From assembly GCF_009914755.1 (NCBI RefSeq), contig NC_060926.1: a stretch of 64,000 nt of DNA; one strand, written 5' to 3'. A program made the translations under genes and the position numbers. Below are positions 32,931 through 47,865 of this stretch, in pieces; within the stretch, counting starts at the first letter, position 1, and each line of letters starts with the position of its first letter. Under the pieces are notes generated by a model. It did no database searches and was not told where the DNA came from. It saw only the letters and a list, made by a program, of their open reading frames with translations. This DNA comes from the human T2T-CHM13v2.0 reference genome, Homo sapiens.

Positions 32931-33445
32931 GACTCTAATCTTGACTTCATTTTACAAATGACTTAAACCATCCTGGGCCTAAATCACAGTTCTTAGTAGC
33001 CTTTACTGGAAACCCAGGAAATGCATATAAGACCGGCTTAAATGTCCTCATTATCCTAAAGCAGCGTTAGCATCACTTGGGTGCTGCTTCCCCTAAGAGG
33101 TCCTAGGGGAGGGGCAAGCTGTCCAGGCCAATAATACGTCCCTCTCATCCTTGCCCTTCAGGCAGTTGGAAGTCACTCTTCTACTCTAAATTTGCAGGAG
33201 TTCGCACTTTATAACAGTCTATGTAGAAATCTATATATCAAATCTATATCAGCCGTGATGGCTGTGCTCACCTATTCCTTCTTCACCATTCTTGGAGTAT
33301 CCTACCTCCAGTCAACCATGGAGCCAGAGGGCCCTCAGATATCCGCCTCTCCCCTCTTCGTCATACCAGTGGGAAAAGTGACACCCTGAACCGGCCGGGT
33401 ATTTCATTCTAGCCCAGCAACTTTGTTCCACAGAAATCGCCAACC

Positions 33446-33771
<326 letters not shown>

Positions 33772-34667
33772 CTACTTATCATCCAGTCAGATTCACTTTC
33801 CAAATTATCTCCTCCAAAAAGAAGGGCAGGCCAATAATGCCCAATTATTATGCCCTGGGGTGGGAGTCAGGACAACTGCGTCCCATTAAATCTAGGAACT
33901 TTATTGTGACATTTTAGGGAAAGTTCAGGGAACTGTGGATCAGGGCAATGAAAATATCTGGAAAAAATCCCTAACTAGGTGGGATGAACTAGCCCAGGCT
34001 GGACTTGACAGATTCATTTAAAAACTCTTTAAGGTCCCTAGAAAGCTGTAAAATATGAAGAGCTGTTCATTCCTTTCATCATTCTCAAGATATTGGCTTC
34101 TCACGGCTGTGGTTAAGGAAATTACATCTGCTGAGCATTTTCTTCATTAAATTTCCTGAGACTTCTGGAGCCATGGATACTCAATGTCCTTCACCTATTT
34201 CAACTTGGATCTAACTTTATCTTTAAGACACAGGCCTGTTAATGGATCTAAATATCATTTTTGAGTGACATGACTTGTCAACCTACATGCAGGGATTGCT
34301 AATGGAAAAGCACTTTCTTAACTCCATGCCAAAGAACATACATCAGCTTTGACTACAACAAGCTATCAGGTTGATGCTTTTAATTTGATAAAACTAGGTA
34401 TAAATCAAATATTAAGTCAATCAGTAAAGAGGCAGACACCGCTATTTATTCTGAGAGGGAGGCAGGCCCCTGGCCATGAAGGGCCTCCTAGGCCATATTA
34501 AGGATTCTGTTGCTTTTCCTCAGGATCTGATTTGGATTTTAAGAGAGTATCCCAGCTGCTGGATTGGGGATGAATTCAACATGATGAAGAGTGGACTGGG
34601 GAGACCAAGCAGGGGCAACTGTAATATTCGCTCTTTTGAATAGAGAAGAGTTGAATGTGTGAAAGCT

Positions 34668-34717
<50 letters not shown>

Positions 34718-34830
34718 AATCATCTATCCATCCATTCATCTATCATCTATTCATCCATCCATCCATCCATCATTCATCTATCTATTCATCCATCTATCAT
34801 CAATCATCTATTATCTATGTATAATCTATT
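34668..34830. repeat. Compound tetranucleotide repeat (TCTA)n / (TCCA)n
   Basis: About 12 perfect TCTA units at 34668-34716, then degenerate TCTA/TCCA units. Confidence 0.95.
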
Positions 34831-35362
34831 TTTCCATTTATGTATCTGCTTATTAAACACGTACACATTATAGATACAATTGTTTGGCACCAAAGGGAGC
34901 TCTGAAAGTAGCCTGTCCTCGGAATAGTCTCAGACTTGCATTCCTCCCTCCCTAAGCCTGAGCTGTTCTTGCCCCAGTTGTTGGAGGCTTCTTGCTCCCG
35001 GGCTGTATCCTTGGTGGAGATGGCGCTCACTAGCCCATGCTGGTGCAGAGTCTGCAGTAACCGGGGCTAACTTGATGAACGCAGAGGCAGGCTTGCAGCT
35101 GAAATGCCCCCTCTCCCAGGGATGCCCAGTAGGCTGTAGGAAACGGCCGCGAAGGCACCCCTTTTCCTTCCTCAGAAGTCAGTGGCCTCCCAACTTCCTC
35201 CCTGTCAGGACTTGCTTTATGGTCCAGTAAAGCCCAGTTCTGGCTTTGTCTTCCCCCTTGGGATGAAACAGGGATGACTCACGCCCTCCCCAGCTGCACA
35301 GACTAACAGAGGAATAGGAGCGCCCAGAAGACACCACGTGGGATGGTTAAAAATGCTGTTGC

Positions 35363-35698
<336 letters not shown>

Positions 35699-36879
35699 TC
35701 ATTGTTCTGAGTATGAGCTGCCTTCTGAAGCTGAGAGGAGCAGGTGGCCTTGACCTGTCGTTATCATCGTAAGACATGGGCGCTTTCTTGAATCTCCCCG
35801 CTCCTGTGGGAGATGCTGTGAAGCTCTGAAGCACGTGACGACGATCTCTGCCTTTGCTGGAGACCTCTTCAGGCCCGGCGACAGGCAGGAGGGGCCCCTT
35901 GCTGGTACCTTGCCGGGCTGTCCTTCGAAGCTCTACCCAGGTGTTTGGGTAGCTGCGGACACTTCTACCAGATACCTCGCTATATTCCAGTGGCCCTAGG
36001 AACCCCTTGCTTGGCTTGTTTATTCGGGGCTCTTTTTCAATGCCAGCCACATGGCTTTGACTTGTTAAGTCCCTGTGTTCAGTATTGCCAAGATTCTGAA
36101 GGTGAAACCTAAAATGTAAAGCTCCACTTGGAATGCGAACCTCACACAGGTGAGTCACATCTGGGCTTACGCCGATTATGGGAAGTCGTAGACCCTAGGG
36201 TGACAAAAGCCCCATTGCTTGGTAAGCTTTGCATTGAAGTGTGATGCTTACTAAGGCCAAACTTGGTTTTGTAGGCATTTATTTACATCATATTTCAATA
36301 CTTCAGAAGCTTAAACAGTGTCAGGGGTATAGCAGTTCTGAGAAACAGTTTTACAAGAAGACATAAACTAAGGGGTACCCATGAGTGCGTCTCATCCTTC
36401 CTCTCCCAGGCCAGAGTAACAGGTATGCTGAGATGCTCTTGCCCTTGGCCCCGGGGTGCTCACCTCCAGCCTCGAGCTGCCTCACCCAGTTAGCCAGGGG
36501 GCTGCACAGGTGTTTGCGTGTCCTACATGTGGCCTGTCATGAAGAAGGTCCGCATACGTGGCTCTAGGCTGTGCAGGCAAGTCTTCCCAAGGGACTGAAG
36601 GAAGTCACCCTGAAATCCTCTCCCCATGAGGACCTCTCCTAAGTCAGATTTCTCACTGCTCCTCGCTCCAGCTCCTGCTGCCATTTGCCTGGGGGTTGCC
36701 AGTTGACAAATCCTCCCCCAGCTGGAGTGCTGCCGCAGCTTTGTCCCAAGTATATATTCTGTTGCCTGTCCCCAGAGCGGCTGTGCTCTGGGTTCTGGGA
36801 GCCACATGCTCCAGCACGACTGCTTTCAGGATACCTGAATGAGGAAAGCCTGGGAAGCTTAGAAAGGTATCCTGGATTG

Positions 36880-37165
36880 GAAGGCCGAGGCAGGTGGATC
36901 ACCTGAGGTCAGGAGTTTGAGACCAGCCTGGTCAACATGGCAAAACCCTGTCTCTACTAAAAATACAAAAATTAGCCAGGCGTGGTGGTGGACACCTGTA
37001 ATCCCAGCTACTTGGGAGGCTGAGGCAGGGAGAATTGCTTGAACCTGGGAGGCAGAGGTTCACGGTTGCAGTGAACCGAGATTGCGCCACTGCACTCCAG
37101 TCTGGGAAACAAGAGCGAAACTCTATCTCGAAAAAAAAAAAAAAAAGAGTAAGAAAAGAAAAGAA
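36880..37165 (+). mobile_element. 5'-truncated AluS element
   Basis: Alu sequence with A-rich tail; flanking repeat agaaaggtatcctgga. Confidence 0.9.
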
Positions 37166-38236
37166 AGGTATCCTGGAAATGTACTTCTAGTAACAGTAAG
37201 CTTGACTGACCAAGAACAGGGAGAATATTCCATGAGAAAGGAAATGTTTCTTTTCCTGGCTTCTTGCTGTAACCTGGTGGGGAACAGGGTCAGCTGAAGT
37301 GTCTCCATGTGGTCTGTCGTGGCTGAGGGGAAACAATGGCTTATCCAGGATGCATCTTGCATTGTATAGTTGCTTTGATTAGCCTCTGTAAGAACTAATA
37401 CATTGTTTGGTTATTATGTTTTCCGTGCTGTGCATAAAGAATAATAGAATTTCACAGATGGGATGAGGCCTGTTGATTTTCTAAAGCATCACTACATTTA
37501 GGTGGAGTGACTAAGGTCCTGGAGGTTAAAGGGCTCATCCCAGGCCATCCTGGGCATTTGCTGCTCCTCTGGGAAGGACGAGGGGATCTCACATGCAGCT
37601 CCCACACCAGCTCCATGCAGACATTTCCCGGGGAGGATGCGAGTTCAGGCTTTGCATTTTGAATTCAGATAAAGGGGCCTGCATCAATGTTCTGTTAGTG
37701 CTTAAATGTCTTTAGAAGTGTTTTCTTTCAGAGAGCTTTTGAAAAAGTGAATTAAAAAATGCTGGCTCCTTATTGCACATATCTCTGGGGACAGGATAGA
37801 AATAAATTGGAAAGACAATATATAGACTCTGTGTTGCACGCCTCCGTGCTGGGGAGATCAACTACTGGCTCTTCCTTTACCAACCCTCACTCCCACCCTC
37901 GCCCTTTTCCATAACAACAGGAGCTGTCTGGACTCCTGCCAGTGTTGCACAAAGCATTTTACACCTATTTCCAGCACTTGCAATAACCCTCGGAGGCAAA
38001 GATTATTATTCCCATTTTACAGATGAAGAAACTGAGGCTCCCAAAGATCAACTAACTTGCTACAAAGCACACTGCTTGGTGAGTGGTGGAATTCTAATTT
38101 ATCTGATTTCAAGGGTGAACATCAATGTGCATCTCAGAGTTCTGTTAAAGTCATGTGACCCAGAGAGAAACCCACCCCCAACTCTCTGTCAAAAACTTCC
38201 CAGGACCCGTGTGAGTGAGGGCAAACCGTCGTCTAC

Positions 38237-38406
38237 CTGCAGAACTCCCCTTCTGATTCTGGCAGCATCAGCGAGGCCATGGGGTTCTTCATCAGATCAG
38301 CCACCACGGGGTCCTTGGCTGTCATGTAGAAGAAAGGAATCCCAGTGCTATTGTTGAAGGGGCCATCACTGACGGGCAGGCAGTTCCCAAATGGCAGTCC
38401 TTGGAT
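38237..38406 (-). CDS. CREG2: CREG2 coding exon 2
   Basis: Acceptor TTAG|ATC at 38406, donor CAG|GTAGAC at 38237. 170 nt. Translates IQGLPFGNCLPVSDGPFNNSTGIPFFYMTAKDPVVADLMKNPMASLMLPESEGEFCR, in frame with exon 1, including NNST glycosylation sequons. Not present in the ORF track. Confidence 0.96.
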
Positions 38407-39094
38407 CTAACAAACACCAAAAAAGGCTTTTTCAGTGCAGAGCTGTGGCTCGACTTGATCTGGGAGCTTAGCTTGTGCCTCTGGCTAGGAAATACAACAC
38501 CAGGGATGAGGGGGGATCATGGCATCACAGTGGCTCTGACAGGTAGTAAATCAAGGTGAGGTGGTCCCCAGTCTGCCCAATTCACTCCGTGGTGGCTCTA
38601 GAATTTCTCCACAGGAGATACTCAGCAGTGGCATCCTGTTTGGAAGGGGTGGTGAAAGGATTCTTCTTGAAGCTGCCTGTGCATGGCAGATATACTCACT
38701 TTGTTAAATTTCATGTTCTTTTGGGGAGGGACAATGACATTTATGGGAGGTGGTGCTAAGCCTTTTCCACAAGCTGCCTGTTACAGCCCCACCGCTTTAA
38801 CTCCCAAGGTTAACTGCCTGTCCCAAGTTTTGAGCAACTTTAGGGAGGATGTTTAAGTCTTTAACGTCTTGCCTGCTCTCTGGACTTCAGGAACTTTCTA
38901 TTATTGTTTCTTTTAGGGCTGCATCACTTTCTCATTTATTAGCTGCATTTTTTATTGTAATCAATAATATTTCATTGTACGACTCAGCAAGTTATGAGAA
39001 ATTGATTTGTTACCCTTTTTGCATAAAGGAAGTCATAGAAACATGATATGCCAATTTTTCTTCATGATCACCCACTAGGGTGGGAGAAGGGTGG

Positions 39095-39820
<726 letters not shown>

Positions 39821-39889
39821 GGTGGTATATCATGTTTCTGTGACTGCAGATATAAACAAAAATATTTATTTATTTATTTTATTAGTATT

Positions 39890-40185
39890 ATTATTTTTTT
39901 GAGACAGAGTCTCACTCTGTTTGTTGCCCAGGCTGGCATTCAGTGGCACGATTTTGGCTCACTGCAGCCTCCGTCTCCTGGGTTAAGCGATTCTTGTGCC
40001 TTAGCCTCCCAAGTTGCTGGGATTACAGGTGCATGCCACCATGCCTGGCTATTTTTGTATTTTTAGTAGAGACAGGGTTTCACCATGTTGGCCAAGCTGG
40101 TCTTGAACTCCTGACCTCAAGTGATCTGCCCGCCTCGGCCTCCCAAAGTGCTGGGATTACAGGTGTGAGCCACGACACCTGGCCA
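39890..40185 (-). mobile_element. AluS element
   Basis: Reverse-complement dimer; flanking repeat aacaaaaatattta. Confidence 0.92.
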
Positions 40186-41499
40186 ACAAAAATATTTAGT
40201 GCTGAGGTTTTCCCAAATCCTTCCAGTCAAGCATCCCAATTTTCCATGATTTTATCCCTAACAAAGTGCACCTTGTTGTTACTTGCTCAGAATTCAGGGG
40301 TTGTCTTTGTCCTTGAAATGTTGCATGATAATGGTGTGTAGAATTATAAAAGGCAGGGCTTTAATTTTTCAGGAACATGAAACGTTAAGGAATCTTCCAA
40401 AATGGTGATATAACTTTGTTCATATATCCCATTTTTCAGCTTGTCATAGCTGCCCAGAGTCATGCTTTGCATCCATGGCAGTACATTGTGTAAATGCTGT
40501 CTGAATTTATTGTTTAAATCAAATGTCAATAAGGATTAGAAAGAGGAACTCCTAACAAAGCTAAGAGAAGGGATATTGAAAGTCAAAATATCTCTAATAC
40601 ATTGGCACGAGACTATTTAATTTCTTGAAAAGATTTGTGTTTTCAACTAAGATCAGTGTCATCTTTAACCTTTATGTCTTTTTAAGATGTGTCTTAGGAG
40701 TGCAAGATACAGCTGTGAAAAATCATCTAGGTGTTGAGAATATCCAACTGGATCTGCATTTGACACTGAAGAGGTTAAGACCATTGCCAAACTCGAAATA
40801 AAGTTGCCATTTAGGTAGTTTTTAAGCAAAAAAGGACCTTAAAAACTAAACCTAATTTTATAGACGAGGAAAGCAAAGTGGAGAAGCCAGTGACTTGGCC
40901 ACAGTCTTGGTGAGACCCAGAGCTGGGGCAAGAACCTGGCCAATGTCCTATGCCTTCCATAAAATATTATTTCTCTTTTTTGTAGGAAGTAAAGAGGAGT
41001 TCACATTACTGCCTTGTAGCTCTTTCATCTCTCTTAAAACCCCCAAAAGCCTTCTGGAGGCATGGAAGTTACATCTGCATTACTTATCCATGTCATTCTA
41101 GGTGGAATCATGTCTAACAGGTGAGTAAAGCATTTGCGAACTGAACAATTAAAAGTGCAGCGAATAGCTCATTCCAGCATTTACACACTTTGCATAATAA
41201 GCCTCCTTTCCAGAAAAAATCGTGAACTCCATTTTCTTAAATGCAGATTTCCATCGAAGCCCTCGTGCTCTCTCTCTCCCCATCCCTGCTTCAGCTCCAG
41301 GTCAGAAGGTGATGGGGAGTTCAGGTCTATGGGTTTGTGCCCTGCGCTGGGAAGGGCTGTCCCCGCCTACTCTGCGATTCCAAAGGCGTCTGTGGCTGCT
41401 CTGGTCTAGGTCTCGGTCGGACGCTGGTTAGGTGTCCCTCTCTCTGCCTGGCCACCTCAAGGTGGGGATTCGGTACCCAACCCTACCTGGCAGGAAACC

Positions 41500-42500
41500 T
41501 GGTTATCCATGTCCCTCTCCGACCCTCCCCCGACTTCGCCAGGCTCACGGAGGCACCATCGCCTTCCATTATGTACAGTGTCGAGGGTCCCATCCAGGGC
41601 ACCGGGCACGTCTGGTGGACCCGGATCTCAGTCCCGAGCGGTCGCGAGCACGTCCCTGTCCCCGTCCCCCGGCCGCCGCCTGAATGCCAGGCCCCCTCGC
41701 GCTCCCCGCCGGGCGCTCACCTTCTTGTGGGTGGACACGGTGGCCAGGCAGCCCCAGACGCTGGCATGGGCCAGGGAGCGGGCGGTGGCGGCGCGCAGTC
41801 TAGGGCCCGGGGGCGCACTGGCCGTCTGGCCGCCCTCGCGCCGGTAGGAGAACATCCCGGGTGGCGCGGGGGGCTGCCTGGCCCGGGCGGCGCCCGCCCG
41901 GGGCCGCAGGTGCGCGTCCTCCTTGTGGGCAGAGGCGGGGAAGCTTTGCTGCCAGATGCTGCCCGAATCCTCTAGCAGCGCGGGCATAGCCTCCTCAGTG
42001 GAGGCGCTGTCCAGCTCCTCGTCCACCTCGTTGGTGACGGCCCAAGACACGGAGCTCACGATCACGTAGCCCGCGGCCGGGGACAGCAGGGCGCTGCAGC
42101 ACAGCAGCCAGGAGAGGCGGGTCCCCGGCCGCGCCGGCCGCCGGCCGCGGCGCACGGACATCTTGCAGGCAGCACGCCCGGCCGCCGGGGCCGCCAGCAG
42201 CGCTAGTGCCGGGGAGCCCGGCAGCGCCCCACTGCGGCGGAAGCAAGGAGCCCGAGCCCCCTTCCCGCCCCTGCAGGATCCCCGGGCGCGGTCCCCCGCG
42301 CGAGTCCCGGCGAATCCCTGCAGCCGCGCGCGAAGCTCAGAAGTCCAGGCTCGCAGAAGACCAGGTTCCACGCACACGCCGCGCATCCTGCGGAGTCCTC
42401 CTCGCGCGCCAGGTCCCGGGATGGGTTCGTTTCCTGCAGGATGGCACAGGTTCCGCAGCCAGAGGGTGGGCGTTCAAATCCCGGCTTAATACACGCGTCT
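41500..42500. promoter_or_regulatory. CREG2: CpG island / CREG2 promoter and exon 1
   Basis: Very high GC and dense CpG (e.g. ccggccgcgccggccgccggccgcggcgcacgg) compared with CpG-poor flanks. GC box tcccgcccct at 42263-42272. No TATA box seen. Confidence 0.9.
41721..42161 (-). CDS. CREG2: CREG2 coding exon 1 (aa 1-147): signal peptide-like N terminus and start of the CREG split-barrel domain
   Basis: ATG at 42161 in context CAAGATGT (A at -3). Translates MSVRRGRRPARPGTRLSWLLCCSALLSPAAG...ARSLAHASVWGCLATVSTHKK. Donor AAG|GTGAGC at 41721/41720. 441 nt, phase 0. Recognised as CREG2. Confidence 0.97.
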
Positions 42501-42668
42501 GCTCAACAGCTGTGAGACCTGCCAAGCCACTTAACCTCTCTGTGCCCATTTCCTTCATTAGCTGACAAAGATAATATCTACCTCTTAAGGATGATGGATG
42601 GGACGGTTGAACGATTAATATTTGAAGAGGCTTAGAACAGTGTGTGGCATGGAGCAAACGCTCTATAG

Positions 42669-43237
<569 letters not shown>

Positions 43238-43789
43238 TGAGCTGTCCTGCCCCTTCAGCAGATGAGAGGTCGCCCTGCCCTGTCTGTGACTAAGGGAGTA
43301 AGTTCAGTTGCAGAACCTAATAGGAATCCTATTTGGTCAAAATTTCCCATTAGCTTTACTTCTATTAAGCTTTCTGATTCTTGAGTTTTATTTCCCAAAT
43401 TAGTTCCACACTCAAAGGGGATTTAAGAGGGTGATCAATAATCACTCCTCAAACCCCATCACACAACTTGTGCCAGAACATAGTAAATGCTCCATTAATG
43501 ACAGCAATTGTTGTTTGTTTTGGCCATTTACCCCTGAATATTCAACAGATCCCTCAAACTCAAATTTTGGAAGATAATTCTCCATGGATTTCCTGGTTTC
43601 CTGCAGAATCCAAACCTGTTTGAATAAGCTTGAAAAGCTAGAGATAGTGTCTTTCTGGAGAGATTTAGGGACTATTTTGCAGAGACATCCCAGGTACTAA
43701 AGATATGGGTAGGAATATGTATATATATATATATATACACACATATATATATATATATATAGAAAAAATATATATATCATATGAAAATC

Positions 43790-45430
43790 AAACTTATTTT
43801 CAAAATGATTGTACCAGTTTATATTGCTACTGTCAGAATGTGAGAGTTTCTGTTACAGCTCTACATTCTCATCAACACAGATTAGCGTTAGTTTTTTTTG
43901 CCCATCCCCCGCACCCCTCTCACGCCAACCAAATCTGGTGGATGAGCAATGGTATCTCATTGTTATTTTAATTTGCATTTACCTAATGACTAATATGGCT
44001 GATCATTTTTCATGTGTTTATTGCCCAGTTCGAAATCTTTTATAAAATGCCTGTTAATGTCTTTTGCCCATTTAAAAAAATGTGGTAAAAAATGTAACAG
44101 GAGATCTATCCTCTCAACAAGTGTACAGTGCAGCATTGTTAACTATAAGAACATTGTTCTATAGCAAATCTCTAGAATTGTACCTTGCATAACTGGAACT
44201 CTTTATCCACTGAACAGCAACTCCCCATTTTCCCTCCCCCCAGCCCCTGGCAGCAACCATTCTACTCTGTTTCTATGAGTTTGACTATTTTAGATACCTT
44301 ATATAAGTGGAATTATACAGTATTTGTCCTTCCATGACTGGCTTACCTTACTTAGCATGATGTTCAAAATTCATCCATGTTATAGCATATGACAGGAGGT
44401 TATTCTTTTTAAAGGGTGAATAATATTCCATTGCGTGTGTGAAAGGAAAATATCTTGGGCCCCCAAAATCAAAATCTGAGACAGGTCTCAGTTAATTTAG
44501 GACGTTTATTTTGCCAAGGTTGAAGATGCTCCCATGACGCAGCCTCAGGAAGTCCTGATGACATGTGCCCAAGGTGGTCAGGGCACAGCTGGGGTTTATA
44601 TATTTTAGGGAGACATGAGACATCAATCAAAATACTTGTAAGAAGTACATTGGTTCAGTCTGGAAAGGCTGGACAACTTGAAGCAAAGGCAGGAAGACTT
44701 GAAGCGGGGAGGGAGCTTCCAGGTCACAGATAGGTGAGACACAAACAGTTGCATTCTTCTGAGCTTCTGATTAGCCTTCTGGGTTCACATATGTATATAT
44801 CACATTTCCTTTTTTTTTTTTTTGAGTCAGGGTCTCACTCTGTTGCCCAGGCTGGGGTGCAGTGGCACGATCATGGCTCACTGCAGCCTGGATTGCCTGG
44901 ATTCAAGTGGTCCCCCCATCCTCAGCCTCCTGAGAAGCTGTTACTACAGGCACACCACCATGCCTGGCTCACTTTTATTTTTTATTTTTTGTAGAGATGA
45001 GGTCTTACTATGTTGCCCAGGCTGATCTCGAACCCCTGAGCTCAAGCAATTCTCTGACTTCAGCCTCCCAAGGTGCTGGGATTACAGACGTGAGCCACTG
45101 CCTCGGGCCCATATTTTCTTTATCCATTCATCATTGATGGACATTTAGGTTGTTTCTGTGTTACAGTTATTGTGAATACTACTGCAATAAACATTTGAGT
45201 GTAAATACCTCTTTGAGGTCCTGTCTTGAATTCTTTTGGGTAAATACCCATAAGTGTGATTGCTGAATCATAAGGTAGTTTACTTTTAATGAACCTCCAT
45301 ACTGTTTCCCAAAACGGCTGCACTATTTTATATTCCCACCAATGGTGCACAAGAGTTCTAATGTATCCATCCACCTTCTCATCAACACCTGTTATTTTTT
45401 ATAATGGCCATTCTAATTGGTGTAAGGGGA
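43790..45430 (-). mobile_element. Old L1M fragments with a nested MER4A LTR and an AluJ (44810-45110)
   Basis: Reverse-complement L1 motifs (ctactctgtttctatgagtttgactattttagatacc; ctttatccattcatcattgatggacatttaggttg). Confidence 0.85.
44438..44789 (+). mobile_element. MER4A-type solo LTR with internal inversion and deletion
   Basis: Sense 5' terminus 44438-44471, antisense internal block ~44472-44777, sense 3' terminus tctgggttcaca 44778-44789. Confidence 0.8.
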
Positions 45431-45442
45431 TAACATTGCAGG

Positions 45443-45486
<44 letters not shown>
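45443..45486. repeat. (TTA)n trinucleotide microsatellite, next to an AluJ (45500-45780, -)
   Basis: About 14 perfect ATT units. Confidence 0.95.
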
Positions 45487-45487
<1 letters not shown>

Positions 45488-45919
45488 TCTTGTTTGTTCA
45501 TTTTAGAGACAGAATCTTACTCTTTTGCCCAAGCTGGAGTGAAGTGGTAATGATCATAGCTCACTGTAACCTCAAACTCCTGTGCTCAAGCGATCCTCTC
45601 TCCTTGGCCTCTGGAGTGGCTAGGACTATAGATAGGCACATGCCATCATGCCTGGCTAATTTTTAATTTTTTTTTGTAGAAATGGGGTCTTGCTATGTTG
45701 TCCAGGCTGGTCTTGAACTCCCGGACTCACATGGTCCTCCCACCTTGGCCTTCCGAGGTGTGAGCCTCTGCACCCAGCCACTAAGTGGATTTTGATAGGA
45801 ATTGAATTGAATTTGTAGATTCCTTTGGGTAGTATGAACAGTTTAACAAAATTATGTCTTCTGATTCATGAATATGGGATGTCTCTGCACTTATTTGTGT
45901 TGCCTTTAATTTCTTTTAT

Positions 45920-46145
45920 CAATATATTATATATTCTATATATATTGAGGAGATTAACGGACTTAAAATCATATATATATATAATTTACTTAATGGCCAT
46001 AAATTTGAAGTGTATATATATATAAAAATCATATATATGTATAGTATATATGATTTTATATATATCATATATATGATTTATATACAGTGTGTATATGATT
46101 TTAAATATATATACAGTGTATATATAGAGAATATATATGATTTTA
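45920..46145. repeat. AT-rich (TA)n-derived low-complexity tract
   Basis: Degenerate tatatatga/tatatacag units. A similar (TA)n tract lies at 43719-43780. Confidence 0.85.
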
Positions 46146-46352
46146 AGTTCCTTAATCACTTCAGATTTATGGCCATTAACTTCAAGGGGGCATTAGCCCT
46201 GCCTGGTTGTACTCTCCTACTTCTCTGATTCATTCTCCTCCCCTTTTTAGGAGACTCTCACACCTTTCCTTTCTCCTACCTTCTTCAGGTCTCTTTTCAG
46301 ATTACACCCTGTGAGAGAGGTCTTGCTTGAATGCCCTATAAGAAGCAGCATC

Positions 46353-46711
<359 letters not shown>

Positions 46712-46784
46712 TTATTTGCTCAGTGTCAGTATTCCTGTACGAGGAACACAAGCTCAATAAGAGCAGAGATTTGTCTATTTTATT

Positions 46785-47865
46785 CATGGTTGAGAAAATC
46801 ATGCCCAGAGTGTAACGCTTTGACATGCTGAGTACTTTGAAGTAAAGGACAGCGGAAGAGCCTCAGAAGCAAAATCTCTTTCTGGCCTTTTCCTACCCTT
46901 CTTTCTCCTGCTCTCGTCTCTCCCACAAGGCAGGCCATAGGAACTAGAATTTCTCTTCCCCAAGATGGATCATAGGAATTAGGACCCCTCTCCTTCAAAG
47001 GCAGCCATAAAGCCTAGAAATATGACTGTAACTCCCTCTGCCTTTCTGTATAGGAGCTGGCCATAAAGAGGTTCTTGGACTCACCTTGTCTGAGAGTAGG
47101 TCATGAGACCTCATTCCAGAAGGGGTCCTGCCCCACACCTGGGGGAAGGGAATGACACACAGAAGGAGGAAGGAGAATCTGAACAGACAGGCCTTGCTGG
47201 GTTTCCCCACTCAGTCTATTACCATTAGATCATTTACTTTTTGTCCAATCACGTTTCTTCATGATTGTCCGTTCTTCACCAAACCTAAGCATGAAAATGG
47301 ACAGTTTTCCCTGAGTCTTTGAGTCGTTATTTATTTAGGCTTTCACGTCACATAAAACTTTGATGGTACAGTTTGGATCTGTGTCCCCGCCCAAATCTCA
47401 TGTCAAACTGTAATCCCCAACGTTGAAGGTGGGGCCTGCTGGGAGGTGATTGGATCATGGGGGTGAATATCCCCTTTGGTGCTACTCACTAATAGTGAGT
47501 GAGTTCTCGTGAGATCTCATCATTTAAAAGTGTATAGCACCTATCCTGCTCCAGCCATGTAAGATGTGTCTGCTTTCCCTTCACCTTCTGCCATGATTGT
47601 AAGTTTCCTGTGGCCTCCCCAGAAGCCAAGCAGATGCGTCATGCTAACTGTACAGCCTGTGGAACCAAGAGCCAATTAAACCTCTTTTCTTTATAAATTA
47701 CCCAGTTGCGGGTATTTCTTTGTAGCAGTGTGAGAATGGCCTAATACATTGGATTAAATATTAAATACATTTGTTATGCTTTTCTCTTTTTTCCTTTGCT
47801 ACAGGAGTGTTGGCCATGACCCTCATGGTGGGTGAGGAAAGGTATCACAGCTTTCCACCCCTACA
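46785..47865. mobile_element. ERV LTR (MER21/MER39-like) with a nested MST/THE1 LTR (~47361-47748)
   Basis: LTR ending gaggaaaggtatcacagctttccacccctaca, interrupted by ...tttggatctgtgtccccgcccaaatctcatgtc...aatggcctaataca. Confidence 0.7.

Noticed and set aside
42221-42240. Possible CTCF sites (here, ~35015-35030 and ~55537-55550)
   Set aside because: Each matches only part of the core motif, with mismatches at key positions.
41628-42386. 252-aa ORF as a longer CREG2 protein
   Set aside because: It starts at a non-ATG codon in promoter DNA and runs past the exon 1 donor. The real CDS starts at ATG 42161, just before the signal peptide-like segment.
41337-42565. Several plus-strand ORFs (up to 212 aa) antisense to CREG2 exon 1
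   Set aside because: GC-rich CpG-island DNA has few stop codons; the products are low-complexity Pro/Gly/Arg sequences with no recognisable domain.
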